Below are positions 10,083 through 19,010 of a stretch of 53,126 bases of DNA, one piece after another. Within the stretch, counting starts at the first letter, position 1; every line of letters begins with the position of its first letter. Made by a program: the position numbers and the translations under genes. A model generated the notes under the pieces. The model ran no database searches, was not told where the DNA came from, and was given only the letters and a program-made list of their open reading frames with translations. Source of the DNA: Candidatus Saccharimonadota bacterium (GTDB lineage Bacteria > Patescibacteriota > Saccharimonadia > Saccharimonadales > UBA4665); contig JAGQNO010000001.1 of NCBI GenBank assembly GCA_020428025.1, forward strand, positions 1 to 53,126, in the 5' to 3' direction.

Positions 10083-11096
10083 TTAGGGGGCTGCGCAGAG
10101 TTTGTGGCAGTAGGCGTTGGTTGCGGCCTGGTGCTCAGCCAGAGTCTTAGTAAAGTGGGTGGTGCCGTCGTCGCCTGCCACAAAATACAGCCAAGAAGTG
10201 GTCGCGGGGTTAGCTACGGCCGCCAAAGAACTTTCACTCACCGTACTAATTGGGCCCACTGGTAGCCCTCCATGAATAAGCGTGTTGTATGGGGAATCAT
10301 AGGTGAGCGATGGCGAGCGCCCGGCTGCCACCGCACCATAAAAGGCCGTAACATCAGAGCCCAGCGGCATCCCTTCTTTAAGACGGGAGAAAAAGACCTG
10401 TGCCGCCTGCGTACGATCAGACTGCTTGGAAACCTCTTGCTCTACAATTGAAGCCAGTATTATTCCCTGATACGGGCTCAGGCCCTGATTGCCAACCGCC
10501 TGCTGCCAAGAGATTGTAAGATGTTCTTGCATCGCATTCAGTGACTGAGTAATAATATCGCTCGCTGGTGTATTGGGCGTACGCTGGAAAGAGTCCGGAT
10601 ATAATAATCCCTCTAGAGAAGCTAGGTTGGCAGGCATTAAACTCATAAGCGGCAAATTCTTGTAATTGGCCGGCTGCAGAGCGGCATCTACCTCAGATGG
10701 GCTGTAGCCATCGTTAATTAAGTCGGCCCTAATTTGGTCGATTCTGCGCCCCGGTAAAATGGTAACTAATTTGCTGGCTACTTTACCACCGCTTAAAGTA
10801 TCCACGATTTCTTTAAGTGTTTGGCTAGGAGAGAGTGCGTACACGCCAGCCTGCAATTTGGCGGAATCGCCCCGGCCGTGCACATAGATTTCAAACACTT
10901 TGGCATTCCTAATAAGCCCCGCATTGGCTAACTGAGCAGCAATCTGCTTAACTCCACTGCCCTGCTCTACCGTAATAATTTGCGTGCGCGTATCAGCACT
11001 AACCGGCCCCAGGTTGTGCACATAAGCTACACGCAGGCCCACGCCCACAGCAAACAAAAGAACAAGTGGCACAACTATAAAAAGCCAGCGCTTCAC
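10083..11096 (-). CDS. mltG: Endolytic murein transglycosylase MltG (YceG-like)
   Basis: N-terminal TM, YceG motifs (LASIVEQEV, YNTLIHGGLPVGPI). GTG start overlaps the ruvX TGA stop. Confidence 0.9.
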   Translation of the reverse strand: MKRWLFIVVPLVLLFAVGVGLRVAYVHNLGPVSADTRTQIITVEQGSGVKQIAAQLANAGLIRNAKVFEIYVHGRGDSAKLQAGVYALSPSQTLKEIVDTLSGGKVASKLVTILPGRRIDQIRADLINDGYSPSEVDAALQPANYKNLPLMSLMPANLASLEGLLYPDSFQRTPNTPASDIITQSLNAMQEHLTISWQQAVGNQGLSPYQGIILASIVEQEVSKQSDRTQAAQVFFSRLKEGMPLGSDVTAFYGAVAAGRSPSLTYDSPYNTLIHGGLPVGPISTVSESSLAAVANPATTSWLYFVAGDDGTTHFTKTLAEHQAATNAYCHKLCAAP

Positions 11097-11497
11097 GATG
11101 GCAGCTCCGCCAAAAAATCTTCTAAAATATAGACTGCGCTTAGGCTGTCTATGTCGCCTTTGGTAAAGTTTTTACCGCTCTTTTTTAGCTCTGCTTCTGC
11201 CTGAACGGACGTCAGCGCCTCATCTTGACGCACCACAGGAACGCCGCAGAGGTCCAGCTTAGAGATAAAGTTTTCTACGTAACGGGTTTGTTCGGTTTCT
11301 TGGCCGTCCAGGCCGCGGGGCCAGCCAACGACTATTTGGCTTATGTGGTGCTCTGAGGTTAGGTCGCGAAGTTTTGAGCAGAACGATTCGTCGTTGGCCA
11401 ACACAGGCAGGGGCGATGCAATGCGCGCCACATCGTTAGCCAAGGCAACACCAATCCGGGCCGCACCCACATCTAACGCTAGGTACTGCTTAATCAT
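11093..11497 (-). CDS. ruvX: Putative pre-16S rRNA nuclease / Holliday junction resolvase-like YqgF
   Basis: LALDVGAARIGVA N-terminus, 134 aa, conserved ruvX-mltG synteny. Confidence 0.9.
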   Translation of the reverse strand: MIKQYLALDVGAARIGVALANDVARIASPLPVLANDESFCSKLRDLTSEHHISQIVVGWPRGLDGQETEQTRYVENFISKLDLCGVPVVRQDEALTSVQAEAELKKSGKNFTKGDIDSLSAVYILEDFLAELPS

Positions 11498-13200
11498 TGG
11501 GCGGTTTTGGTGGGCTTAGCTACGGTTACGGTTATTTTTTTGAGGTCCTTAGGTGCTTTGCTGACCCAGAACGGGCTCAGCTTAATATCTACGCCAGTCA
11601 CGTCTGGGTTAGAGGCCAATACTGCCTTGATATCACCAGCTTTTTTGCCAGCAAATTGCTTGGTCAAGTCGGCTACGTCTAGGCTTGGACCCACTTCTGC
11701 TACCGTTTGCAAATTCAGAGAAAGACCGTTTTCTGCCGGGCCCATTAGCTTGAAGGCACCCTGGGTAATACCCTCTGTTAAAATGTTTTGCTTGGTAGTG
11801 TCTATCTGCGCTTTTATGGCATTGCCTACCAGTGTCTTGAGGTCCGATTCCTTGGCGCCGTAGACGGTGTAGGTAATGGCTTCTGTGACGGTGACACTGC
11901 TGGCCTGATCACCCGCATTATTGCTGGTGGTAATGGTTGGCTGACCAACGGTGTAAGTGGCGTCAATGACGTACATGCCCTGGCCTTTCAGCTGGTCCGA
12001 CAGTGCTTTCTGAATGTCTGGCGCGCTGGTGTTGATCTTGGCCTTGGCGGCATCGATATCGGCCTGCGAAACGACTGTTTGGATGTTATCGGTGCCGCCA
12101 CTGGCAGAGCCGGAGGCCGTTATTGTGCTCCCATCATAAGTGTCGTTCTTACCTGATACAGTGAATTTAGTGCCGCCAGAAGCGTTGTACTTAGCTCCGG
12201 CAGCTTGTGCAGTTATGTCAGCTGAACCCGAGAGAACACAGTTCTTGCCCATGCCCGTTGCATCTTTCAAAGTAACGCTCTGCTGAATGATATAGGTCTG
12301 GCCACCACTACTAACTCCTATACCACTTGGTACGATTTGCACACCATTAGAACATGAGCTGCTGAGGGTAATTGCGCCCGTAGCAGTGGTGCCGTTGTTT
12401 TTCTGCCCAGTAGCCGGAGCACTGCCCGTAAATGTTTTTTGCTGCTCCGCCTTCTTGGCTGGGACAGTTTTGCTATCCTCATTCAGCGCGGTTGCCGTTG
12501 TGTTTAGCGCAAAACTTACATTGGTGTTAACATTACTGGCATTTGTCTTAATGTTGATTTTGGCCCGCGGCATAACCACAAAAGCTACATACCAACCAAC
12601 TACCAGTACAATCAGTAGCAGTACGCCCAAAATTGACAGCAAACGGAACTTATCAAAGTCTGGCACCTTAAGTTTTTTGTTGGGCTTGGGCGATTTTACA
12701 GCTGCGGCGGGCAGCGGCTCTTCTTCTGGCGCTTCTTCTTGGTTGTCTAGTTGCAAAGTTTCAATGCCCTCTGCTTTGGGCGGCGGCGTAGCGTTTGGAC
12801 TGGCTAGGTCGCCCACAGGGGCATTCGCGTCTAGCTCTGGCTCTTGGTCTGAATCCGAGCTGAGTTCTGCGTTTTCATCTACAACTTCATCGTCTACCGG
12901 GCCAACTTTGGGAGCAGCCGGAATCTGAGGCCGACTGGTAGGTGTGGCCGCAACATGCAGACCAACCGCGCCAGCTAGGGGCATCAGGCCGGATTCTGTG
13001 GTTACCAAAACTAAGTTTTTCTTTTCTTGGTCTGCCGCGCGCTTGAGCAGCTTCATGTTAACAATACTTTGCAGCGTGGTGGCGCGCTTTGGCAGCACAA
13101 AGGCTACCACTTTAGCGGAACTGCCGCGTAGCTTATCTATAATAGCGGTGATTTCATCGTCGATGTCTATATAAATGGTGTCTTTGCTGGGTGCGCTCAT
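11494..13200 (-). CDS. Hypothetical bitopic membrane protein (568 aa), translationally coupled to ftsA
   Basis: ATGA overlap with the ftsA stop. About 85-aa cytoplasmic domain, acidic Pro/Glu linker, one TM (LLSILGVLLLIVLVVGWYVAFVV), about 350-aa Thr/Ser/Gly-rich external domain. No family recognised. Confidence 0.6.
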   Translation of the reverse strand: MSAPSKDTIYIDIDDEITAIIDKLRGSSAKVVAFVLPKRATTLQSIVNMKLLKRAADQEKKNLVLVTTESGLMPLAGAVGLHVAATPTSRPQIPAAPKVGPVDDEVVDENAELSSDSDQEPELDANAPVGDLASPNATPPPKAEGIETLQLDNQEEAPEEEPLPAAAVKSPKPNKKLKVPDFDKFRLLSILGVLLLIVLVVGWYVAFVVMPRAKINIKTNASNVNTNVSFALNTTATALNEDSKTVPAKKAEQQKTFTGSAPATGQKNNGTTATGAITLSSSCSNGVQIVPSGIGVSSGGQTYIIQQSVTLKDATGMGKNCVLSGSADITAQAAGAKYNASGGTKFTVSGKNDTYDGSTITASGSASGGTDNIQTVVSQADIDAAKAKINTSAPDIQKALSDQLKGQGMYVIDATYTVGQPTITTSNNAGDQASSVTVTEAITYTVYGAKESDLKTLVGNAIKAQIDTTKQNILTEGITQGAFKLMGPAENGLSLNLQTVAEVGPSLDVADLTKQFAGKKAGDIKAVLASNPDVTGVDIKLSPFWVSKAPKDLKKITVTVAKPTKTAQ

Positions 13201-14537
13201 ATGCTTAACATCCGATCCAATTTTTCTCTAATGCTGCCGCCTTGGCTGCCATCTAATTGTAGCGTATCTAGACCTACGCGCAGAAGCCCCATGGCCGTAA
13301 TGAAGGTGTGGTCGTTAACTTTACCGGTGACGTCTTTAATGCCCACCACCTGCTCCGGCCTAATGTGGTGCACGCTGGGCTTGCGCGTAAACGGAAGGCT
13401 CTTGTACCAGCTGGCTTCTTCTAGTCGACTCATGAGCATGTCCAGGCTGGAGCCGCCGCCACACAAGAAAAGTCGATGCGGCAAGTGGTCTAATTTATCA
13501 AACTCCGCCAAGGCCAGCTCTATGCCGCTAATCCAGACATCGGCCGTTTTTTCTAGCGCTTTTTCTATGTCTGGGCGCTTTTGGGTAGGCACCCGGCTAG
13601 ACGACAGGCCCACTTTAAGCGCTTCCGCTTGATCAAAATCCACGCCCAAATCGCGCTCTACGGCGCGGGTAAAGGCTCGGCCGCCAATGCCAAACATTTT
13701 GGTGCCCTGCACGCCGCCATCATTAACTACGGCAATATCTGTGGTGCCGCCACCAACGTCCATTAAGACGGCGGATAGCGACTGGTTGGGAATGTCGCCA
13801 ATAACGGCTCTAGAAACAGCAAATGGCTCCGCGGCCACAGCAATTAAGTCTAGGTCCAGCTCTGAGGCGGTTTTTTCTAGCGCACCGATGTGAATCATGG
13901 GGGCAAAGGCGGTGTACAGCTGCACCACCACGTCTTTGCCTTGGAAACCAATGGGGTTCGTTACGGGGTAGCCATCGATTTCTAAGCTAACCAGCGCGCT
14001 GTTAACAAGCCGCACCGGCACTTCTTTGCCGCCCAGCTCCCAGGTAAGCTCTTGCCGAGCCCGGACCTCTGCACGGTCTTGCACCAGCCTAATAATCTTT
14101 TCCATCTCTTGAATATCTAGCTGCTTAGCACTATCTTTGCGGCTCACGCGCACAGTTGTGGTAGTGCCTTTAACCAGCTCCCCGGCAATGCCAATAATTG
14201 CCTGGCGCACACTGACACCCGCCTCTTGCTCTGCCTTGTTTAGAGCTTTGTCGCAGTTTTCTACCACACCAGCAATGTCGGCAATTGCACCGGCCTGCAT
14301 ATCTGTTAACGCCTGGTGTTGGCGTCCCATGCCCACAATTTCTATGCCGCCATCTGGCTGCACTTTGCCAATCAGCGCTTTAACGTATTCTGTGCCGATA
14401 TCCAGCGCTACAATGTGCTGATCCGATTTTGCACCCTTGACCGGCATATTACTGCGCGCCTGCTGGGCCTTTTCTTTAGCAACCGCCAAAGCTTTCTGAG
14501 CGGCCACAGTGGAAACGTCTTTGAGTTTAGCAAGCAT
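13197..14537 (-). CDS. ftsA: Cell-division actin-like ATPase FtsA
   Basis: ALDIGTEYVKAL phosphate-1, MDVGGGTTDIAV phosphate-2, FLCGGGS adenosine motif, SHS2/1C-like insert. The N-terminal 30-40 aa may be an over-extension. Confidence 0.8.
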   Translation of the reverse strand: MLAKLKDVSTVAAQKALAVAKEKAQQARSNMPVKGAKSDQHIVALDIGTEYVKALIGKVQPDGGIEIVGMGRQHQALTDMQAGAIADIAGVVENCDKALNKAEQEAGVSVRQAIIGIAGELVKGTTTTVRVSRKDSAKQLDIQEMEKIIRLVQDRAEVRARQELTWELGGKEVPVRLVNSALVSLEIDGYPVTNPIGFQGKDVVVQLYTAFAPMIHIGALEKTASELDLDLIAVAAEPFAVSRAVIGDIPNQSLSAVLMDVGGGTTDIAVVNDGGVQGTKMFGIGGRAFTRAVERDLGVDFDQAEALKVGLSSSRVPTQKRPDIEKALEKTADVWISGIELALAEFDKLDHLPHRLFLCGGGSSLDMLMSRLEEASWYKSLPFTRKPSVHHIRPEQVVGIKDVTGKVNDHTFITAMGLLRVGLDTLQLDGSQGGSIREKLDRMLSI

Positions 14538-14558
14538 AATCAGAATAAGTATACCATT

Positions 14559-15629
14559 TTATCGCCTTGCGCGGCGATGTTTTACGACTTTTACAGTTTG
14601 TAGAGCCACTTGCTGCATAGCGTAGCGCTCACCCAGCCAGAACATACTGACGCCCAAGATAATCGTGGCGTAGGCCGGAGCAGCGTAGCGCCAAAATTCG
14701 CCGGAAGGCAGTGGTATGTTGGGCCAGTTGCTGCCGGGGCTGTTTGCTATGCCAGTGGTAGTAGCCACGCCGGTGGGTACAATCATAACCGTTATCTGCA
14801 AGCTAGTGGTCTGACCAGCAGCATCGGCAACCGTAATCATAATAGGATAGCCGGTGCGGTGGGTGGCCGGTTTGTTGTACACGTGCTGCAAATGAAAATC
14901 GCCGGGCGTTGCTTGACTCTGCAGATTGCCAGCACCATCGCCCCAGTCCACCTTAATGGCGTAGGGCGGCGTGCCGCCGCTCAGCGTTAATGGCCAATCT
15001 GTCGTTTGACCCACATTGTAGGCTTTAAAACTGAAGGTAAAGCCAATCACTGGCGCGTTTTTATTGCTAGGCTGAGCTGTTATGACAGAAGGTGCAGGCG
15101 GTGTTTGTGCAGTTGCTGTTGAAGGCGCGGGGGGTGTATTTGTGGAAGGCTCAGGTGGTGTATATGGTGGCTTGTAGATAACTGTGGTGGGCGTGCCAGC
15201 GGGGCCGGCATCATCTGTTAGATTATACGCTTGGGCGCTCAGAACATTCTGCCCATATCTAAGGGTGAGCGATATTTGCCACCTACCATCTGGCTGACAC
15301 TGTGCGGTGCCGACGGTGTGACCATTATTGGTGAGTGTCACATAGGATTTATCCGGGCAAGTACCGCTGGCATCAATTTTTGGCGACTCAAACGTAGCGC
15401 CGCCCAGCGGCGAATCTATGGTAGCGGCACTGGTCAACATGGGCGCCGGAATCCGACCCTTAACCTGATAATCGACCCCATTTACGCCGCCCGTAAAGCT
15501 CCAGCAAAACATAAGCGTGGCAAACACCAGCAAGCCCAAGAGTGGATAGCTGGTGTGCGCATGCGGCCGCAGCTTAAAGCTGTGACTGCGATGGATTACA
15601 AGCGGTTTTTTGGTTTTTGTTTTGGGCAC
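14559..15629 (-). CDS. Membrane-anchored surface protein with Ig-like and PKD-like domains (paralog of 21072-21965)
   Basis: N-terminal signal anchor, Pro/Thr linker, PKD-like LTLSGGTPPYAIKVDWGDGAG, C-terminal TM with FWLGERY and a basic tail. Confidence 0.6.
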   Translation of the reverse strand: MPKTKTKKPLVIHRSHSFKLRPHAHTSYPLLGLLVFATLMFCWSFTGGVNGVDYQVKGRIPAPMLTSAATIDSPLGGATFESPKIDASGTCPDKSYVTLTNNGHTVGTAQCQPDGRWQISLTLRYGQNVLSAQAYNLTDDAGPAGTPTTVIYKPPYTPPEPSTNTPPAPSTATAQTPPAPSVITAQPSNKNAPVIGFTFSFKAYNVGQTTDWPLTLSGGTPPYAIKVDWGDGAGNLQSQATPGDFHLQHVYNKPATHRTGYPIMITVADAAGQTTSLQITVMIVPTGVATTTGIANSPGSNWPNIPLPSGEFWRYAAPAYATIILGVSMFWLGERYAMQQVALQTVKVVKHRRARR

Positions 15630-15635
15630 GAATTC

Positions 15636-15968
15636 CTATTCTGTTCTTGGTACGAGCTCCACAATTTCTTGGAATCGATCAGATTCTGCTTTTACTATAA
15701 CATCCAATACCCATGGATCGACTTTTCTTGGCTTTAGATGTTCTGTGTCTGTCAGGATTATATCTACGTCCTGGCCGGAAACTTCCCCAAGGCTACGAGC
15801 TAAGGCAGTGAACTCTAAAGTTGAGTCATTGTTTTTTGGATCTGCCTCAATTGCTATGTAGGCAACCTCTCCGTGTACTTTTATAGTCCTAGTGAGGTTA
15901 GGAAAGACTCTATGAGCATGGTCAGCTGCTGTCCGGCCTGCGCCATGAATTGCTTCAAATAATGTCAT
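15636..15968 (-). CDS. Hypothetical protein (110 aa)
   Basis: ORF only; the only long ORF in this interval. No motif recognised. Confidence 0.35.
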   Translation of the reverse strand: MTLFEAIHGAGRTAADHAHRVFPNLTRTIKVHGEVAYIAIEADPKNNDSTLEFTALARSLGEVSGQDVDIILTDTEHLKPRKVDPWVLDVIVKAESDRFQEIVELVPRTE

Positions 15969-16005
15969 GTGTATGCTATTCCTTTATTTTTTCTTGATGC
16001 AAAGA

Positions 16006-16776
16006 TTATACACCCGTTAAACTGGCTGGTCCAGGCCCTTTGGCAACACAATTTTGACAAATTGCATCGGCCGAAGACAGCTGCCGCCGACAGGTGGGGC
16101 AAGCCGGCACAAGCGCGTCGACGCGAGCGGCTCGGCCAAACAGCGTAAACATGCCAATGGTCATGTACAGGCTTATGGACAGCGCGCCCAGGACAAACAT
16201 GGGTGTACCGCTGGACAGCCCAAAATCATACAGGCCGTGCAGCACCATAACCACGGCCAGTGGCAGTAGCGTAGACCAGATTGGTAATCCCTTGGCTTTG
16301 GCGCGGGCCACAAAATAGCCCGCAGCCCCTGTTAATGCAGCATGGAAAAATGAAACAATAATGAGCCGACCAATACCTGTACCAGCACCATCTACCAAGG
16401 TGTAGAGGATGTTTTCTGCAAAACCAAAGCCCAGGCCGCACAGTGCAAAGTAAATCACGCCATCGGTGCGCTCTGTAAAGTAGGGCTTGCGCCAGAGCCA
16501 GACTAGCAGTGGTAGGAACTTAACGGCTTCTTCTATGATTCCCACCAGCATAAAGTCAATAAACAGCGTACGCGTGCTAAAGAACAGGTCTGGATTAGTA
16601 ATGTCGTGCTGTATAAAGATTGACTCTAAGATGCCAGCCACAATCATGGCCACAACACCCATACAGAACGAACCCCATAACGCGCGTCGCGGCTCCAGCT
16701 CTCCCTTGTCGTGCCTAATGAACCAGCGCGCAAGCCAGAGCGCACCCAAAACAAATAAAGAGAGTATGAGCAACAT
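16006..16776 (-). CDS. PrsW-family intramembrane metalloprotease with C-terminal zinc-ribbon
   Basis: Multi-TM. EEAVKF and FFHAALTG motifs of the PrsW/CPBP-like family. C-terminus CPTCRRQLSSADAICQNC. The ATG overlaps the alaS TAA (TAATG). Confidence 0.7.
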   Translation of the reverse strand: MLLILSLFVLGALWLARWFIRHDKGELEPRRALWGSFCMGVVAMIVAGILESIFIQHDITNPDLFFSTRTLFIDFMLVGIIEEAVKFLPLLVWLWRKPYFTERTDGVIYFALCGLGFGFAENILYTLVDGAGTGIGRLIIVSFFHAALTGAAGYFVARAKAKGLPIWSTLLPLAVVMVLHGLYDFGLSSGTPMFVLGALSISLYMTIGMFTLFGRAARVDALVPACPTCRRQLSSADAICQNCVAKGPGPASLTGV

Positions 16777-18656
16777 TATTGTAGGACCGCTTTTATGCGC
16801 CTAATGCCCGCGCTAGACGATTCCTCTTTGACGATTTTAAAGCGCTTGCCGTCTTCTGTAAGCTGGAGCGTGTGGTCAACATGTGGTCCGCCGCAAATTT
16901 CAAAGCTAAACGGTTTGTCTGCGCCAGCGGCAATCATTTTGTAGACTTTAACGGTGTCGCCATATCTGTCCCCAAATTGACCAAGGGCGCCCAGCGGGCC
17001 GGTTGCTTCCTCTGTAGGGTACTCCGCAAAGCTGACTTGTAAGTCTTTGCTGATTTGCTCGTTAACAATGTCTTCTACCTGCGCGATTTGCTCTGGTGTC
17101 ATCTTAGCGTCGTGACTAAAGTCAAAGCGTAGGCGCTCTTCTGTAATGTTGCTGCCGTGCTGCACAACGTGGTCACCCAAGACATCCCGGAGCGCCTGGT
17201 ACATCAGGTGGGTAGCGGTGTGATACTTCTTGTGCTGCAGTGTTTGCCCGCCTAGACCGCCCTTAAACGTACCTTTGGCAGCGGTTTGGCTGCGCTGGCG
17301 CTGTTCTGTCATGGCGGCATCAAATTGCTGGCGCCAATCGGCTGGCAAATTAAGCCCCTGCTTAAACGCTTCTTCTGTAGAGAGTTCTACTGGGAAGCCG
17401 TAGGTGTCGTACAAACGGAACAGCGCGGCGCCGTCCAGTGGGTCCATTTTGGCCATTTCTTTCAGGCCCTTGCGTAGTGTCTGGCGGAAAGCCTTTTCTT
17501 CTTTAACTAGCACCGCAACTACCTCGTTTTGCTTGGCGGCTACCTCTGGGAAATCATCTTTATACAGGCTGGCAATGACGGGTACAACTTGCTCCAAAAA
17601 GTTCTGTTCTATGCCAAGCTCAAAAGCAAACCTAATGGCGCGGCGCAGCAGGCGGCGCATGACATAGCCCTGCTCTTTGTTGCTGGGCGTTACGCCGTCT
17701 ACCGCCAGGAAGGTGGCAGCCCGGAGGTGGTCCGCAATGACGCGCATGGCGTTAGTGTGCTGGTCATAAGACTTGCCGCTTAACTTCTCTAATTGCTCGA
17801 TAATTGGCCACATAACACTGATCTTAAATATGTCGTCTGTGTCTAACGCGGCAGCAGCAATTCTTTCTAGGCCCGCGCCAAAGTCAACATTTTGTTTAGG
17901 CAGCTTTTGGAAGCCATCGGCTGTTTTTAGATATTCCATAAAAACGGAATTGCCAATTTCTATAAAACGGCCGCAGTCGCAGTTAACGTGGCAGTTGGCG
18001 CCGTAGGCGGGGTCGTGCTGAACGTGCGGGAACAGATAAAAGACCTCACTGTCAGGGCCGCCCGGCTCCCCTGGCGTCATAGTGGCAGGCGTCATGCCGT
18101 TGCGAGCCCACCAGTTTTTGTCCGCATAGAAGCTGATGCGCTTACCTTTGTTACCCTTTAAGGCCCCCTGCTCTTCCGTGCCTAAATCAATTTGCTCATG
18201 GTCTAGACCGGCTTCTTTAAACAACTCTGTCCAAATGGCGGCGGCAGTTTCATCTTTAGGGATGCCATTCGCGGCATCCCCGCTGTAGCAAGTCACGTAG
18301 ATTCGGCTGGGGTCCAGGCCGACTTCTTTGGTTAAGAACTCCCAGAACCACTTAAGCTGGTCTTCCTTAAAATAATCCCCCAGCGACCAGTTGCCCAGCA
18401 TTTCAAAGAAGGTGGTGTGGCGGTTGTCGCCCACCTCTTCTATGTCCTGTGCGCGTAGACAGGTTTGGCTATCAACTAGCCTTACCCCTTCCGGGTGCTC
18501 TTGGCCTAACAGGTAGGGCATGAGTGGCTGCATGCCACTGCCGGTAAAGAGCGTGGTGGGGTCGTTATCTGGCACCAAACGGGCGCGCGGAATGACGGCG
18601 TGGCCTTTATGGCTAAAAAATTCTAGGTATTTTTGGCGGATTTGCTGGGCGTTCAT
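16776..18656 (-). CDS. alaS: Alanine--tRNA ligase, short form (catalytic + editing domains, no C-Ala domain)
   Basis: Start set at MNAQQIRQKYLEFF. Class II AlaRS motifs (FTGSGMQP, RHTTFFEMLGNWS). Editing-domain HxxxH (HTATHLMYQAL) and CGGPHV near the C-terminus. Confidence 0.95.
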   Translation of the reverse strand: MNAQQIRQKYLEFFSHKGHAVIPRARLVPDNDPTTLFTGSGMQPLMPYLLGQEHPEGVRLVDSQTCLRAQDIEEVGDNRHTTFFEMLGNWSLGDYFKEDQLKWFWEFLTKEVGLDPSRIYVTCYSGDAANGIPKDETAAAIWTELFKEAGLDHEQIDLGTEEQGALKGNKGKRISFYADKNWWARNGMTPATMTPGEPGGPDSEVFYLFPHVQHDPAYGANCHVNCDCGRFIEIGNSVFMEYLKTADGFQKLPKQNVDFGAGLERIAAAALDTDDIFKISVMWPIIEQLEKLSGKSYDQHTNAMRVIADHLRAATFLAVDGVTPSNKEQGYVMRRLLRRAIRFAFELGIEQNFLEQVVPVIASLYKDDFPEVAAKQNEVVAVLVKEEKAFRQTLRKGLKEMAKMDPLDGAALFRLYDTYGFPVELSTEEAFKQGLNLPADWRQQFDAAMTEQRQRSQTAAKGTFKGGLGGQTLQHKKYHTATHLMYQALRDVLGDHVVQHGSNITEERLRFDFSHDAKMTPEQIAQVEDIVNEQISKDLQVSFAEYPTEEATGPLGALGQFGDRYGDTVKVYKMIAAGADKPFSFEICGGPHVDHTLQLTEDGKRFKIVKEESSSAGIRRIKAVLQ

Positions 18657-19010
18657 CTCTGTTATTCTAACAGATGTCAAGCGTGCTTGCTATCTTGACA
18701 AATATAATCAATAGTTGTAAATTATATTCCTTCATCAAGTTGGTGAGCATATGGAGAGAGAAATCTCATGTACGTGAGCCGCCCTGACGTTAGACAAGTC
18801 CTAGGTGAGATCAGCAGGAAGCTGTCCTCCAAAAATAACAAGCCCCGGCTAAACAAGAAGGTTCCTACCGCCACCAGGCCGTAGAAAGAACAAACCGGGC
18901 AAAGCCGCTAGAGGCAAAAGAATGAAGAAAAGCTGCACCCGCCGGCCACCGCTAGCACCAACCATTTCTCTTTTTTTACACTTCCAGCGGCTTTTTTCAT
19001 GCCTTAATTT

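Noticed and set aside
9974-10183. N-terminal 70-aa extension of the LysM-CHAP ORF (track start 10183)
   Set aside because: It overlaps the 3' end of mltG by about 100 nt and encodes a Trp/Pro/Thr-rich non-protein-like sequence. ATG 9973 (MSSIQQ...) precedes a plausible TM/signal segment.
18740-18900. Possible SRP (4.5S) RNA, tmRNA or 6S RNA in the alaS-SPFH gap, prompted by ...GAUCAGCAGGAAGCUGUCC...
   Set aside because: The conserved SRP domain IV sequence (GGUCC-GGAA-GGAAGCAGC with flanking helix) is not present. No tRNA-like acceptor/T-arm for tmRNA is visible. I could not fold a convincing long helix by eye, so it is left as an open question for a covariance-model scan.
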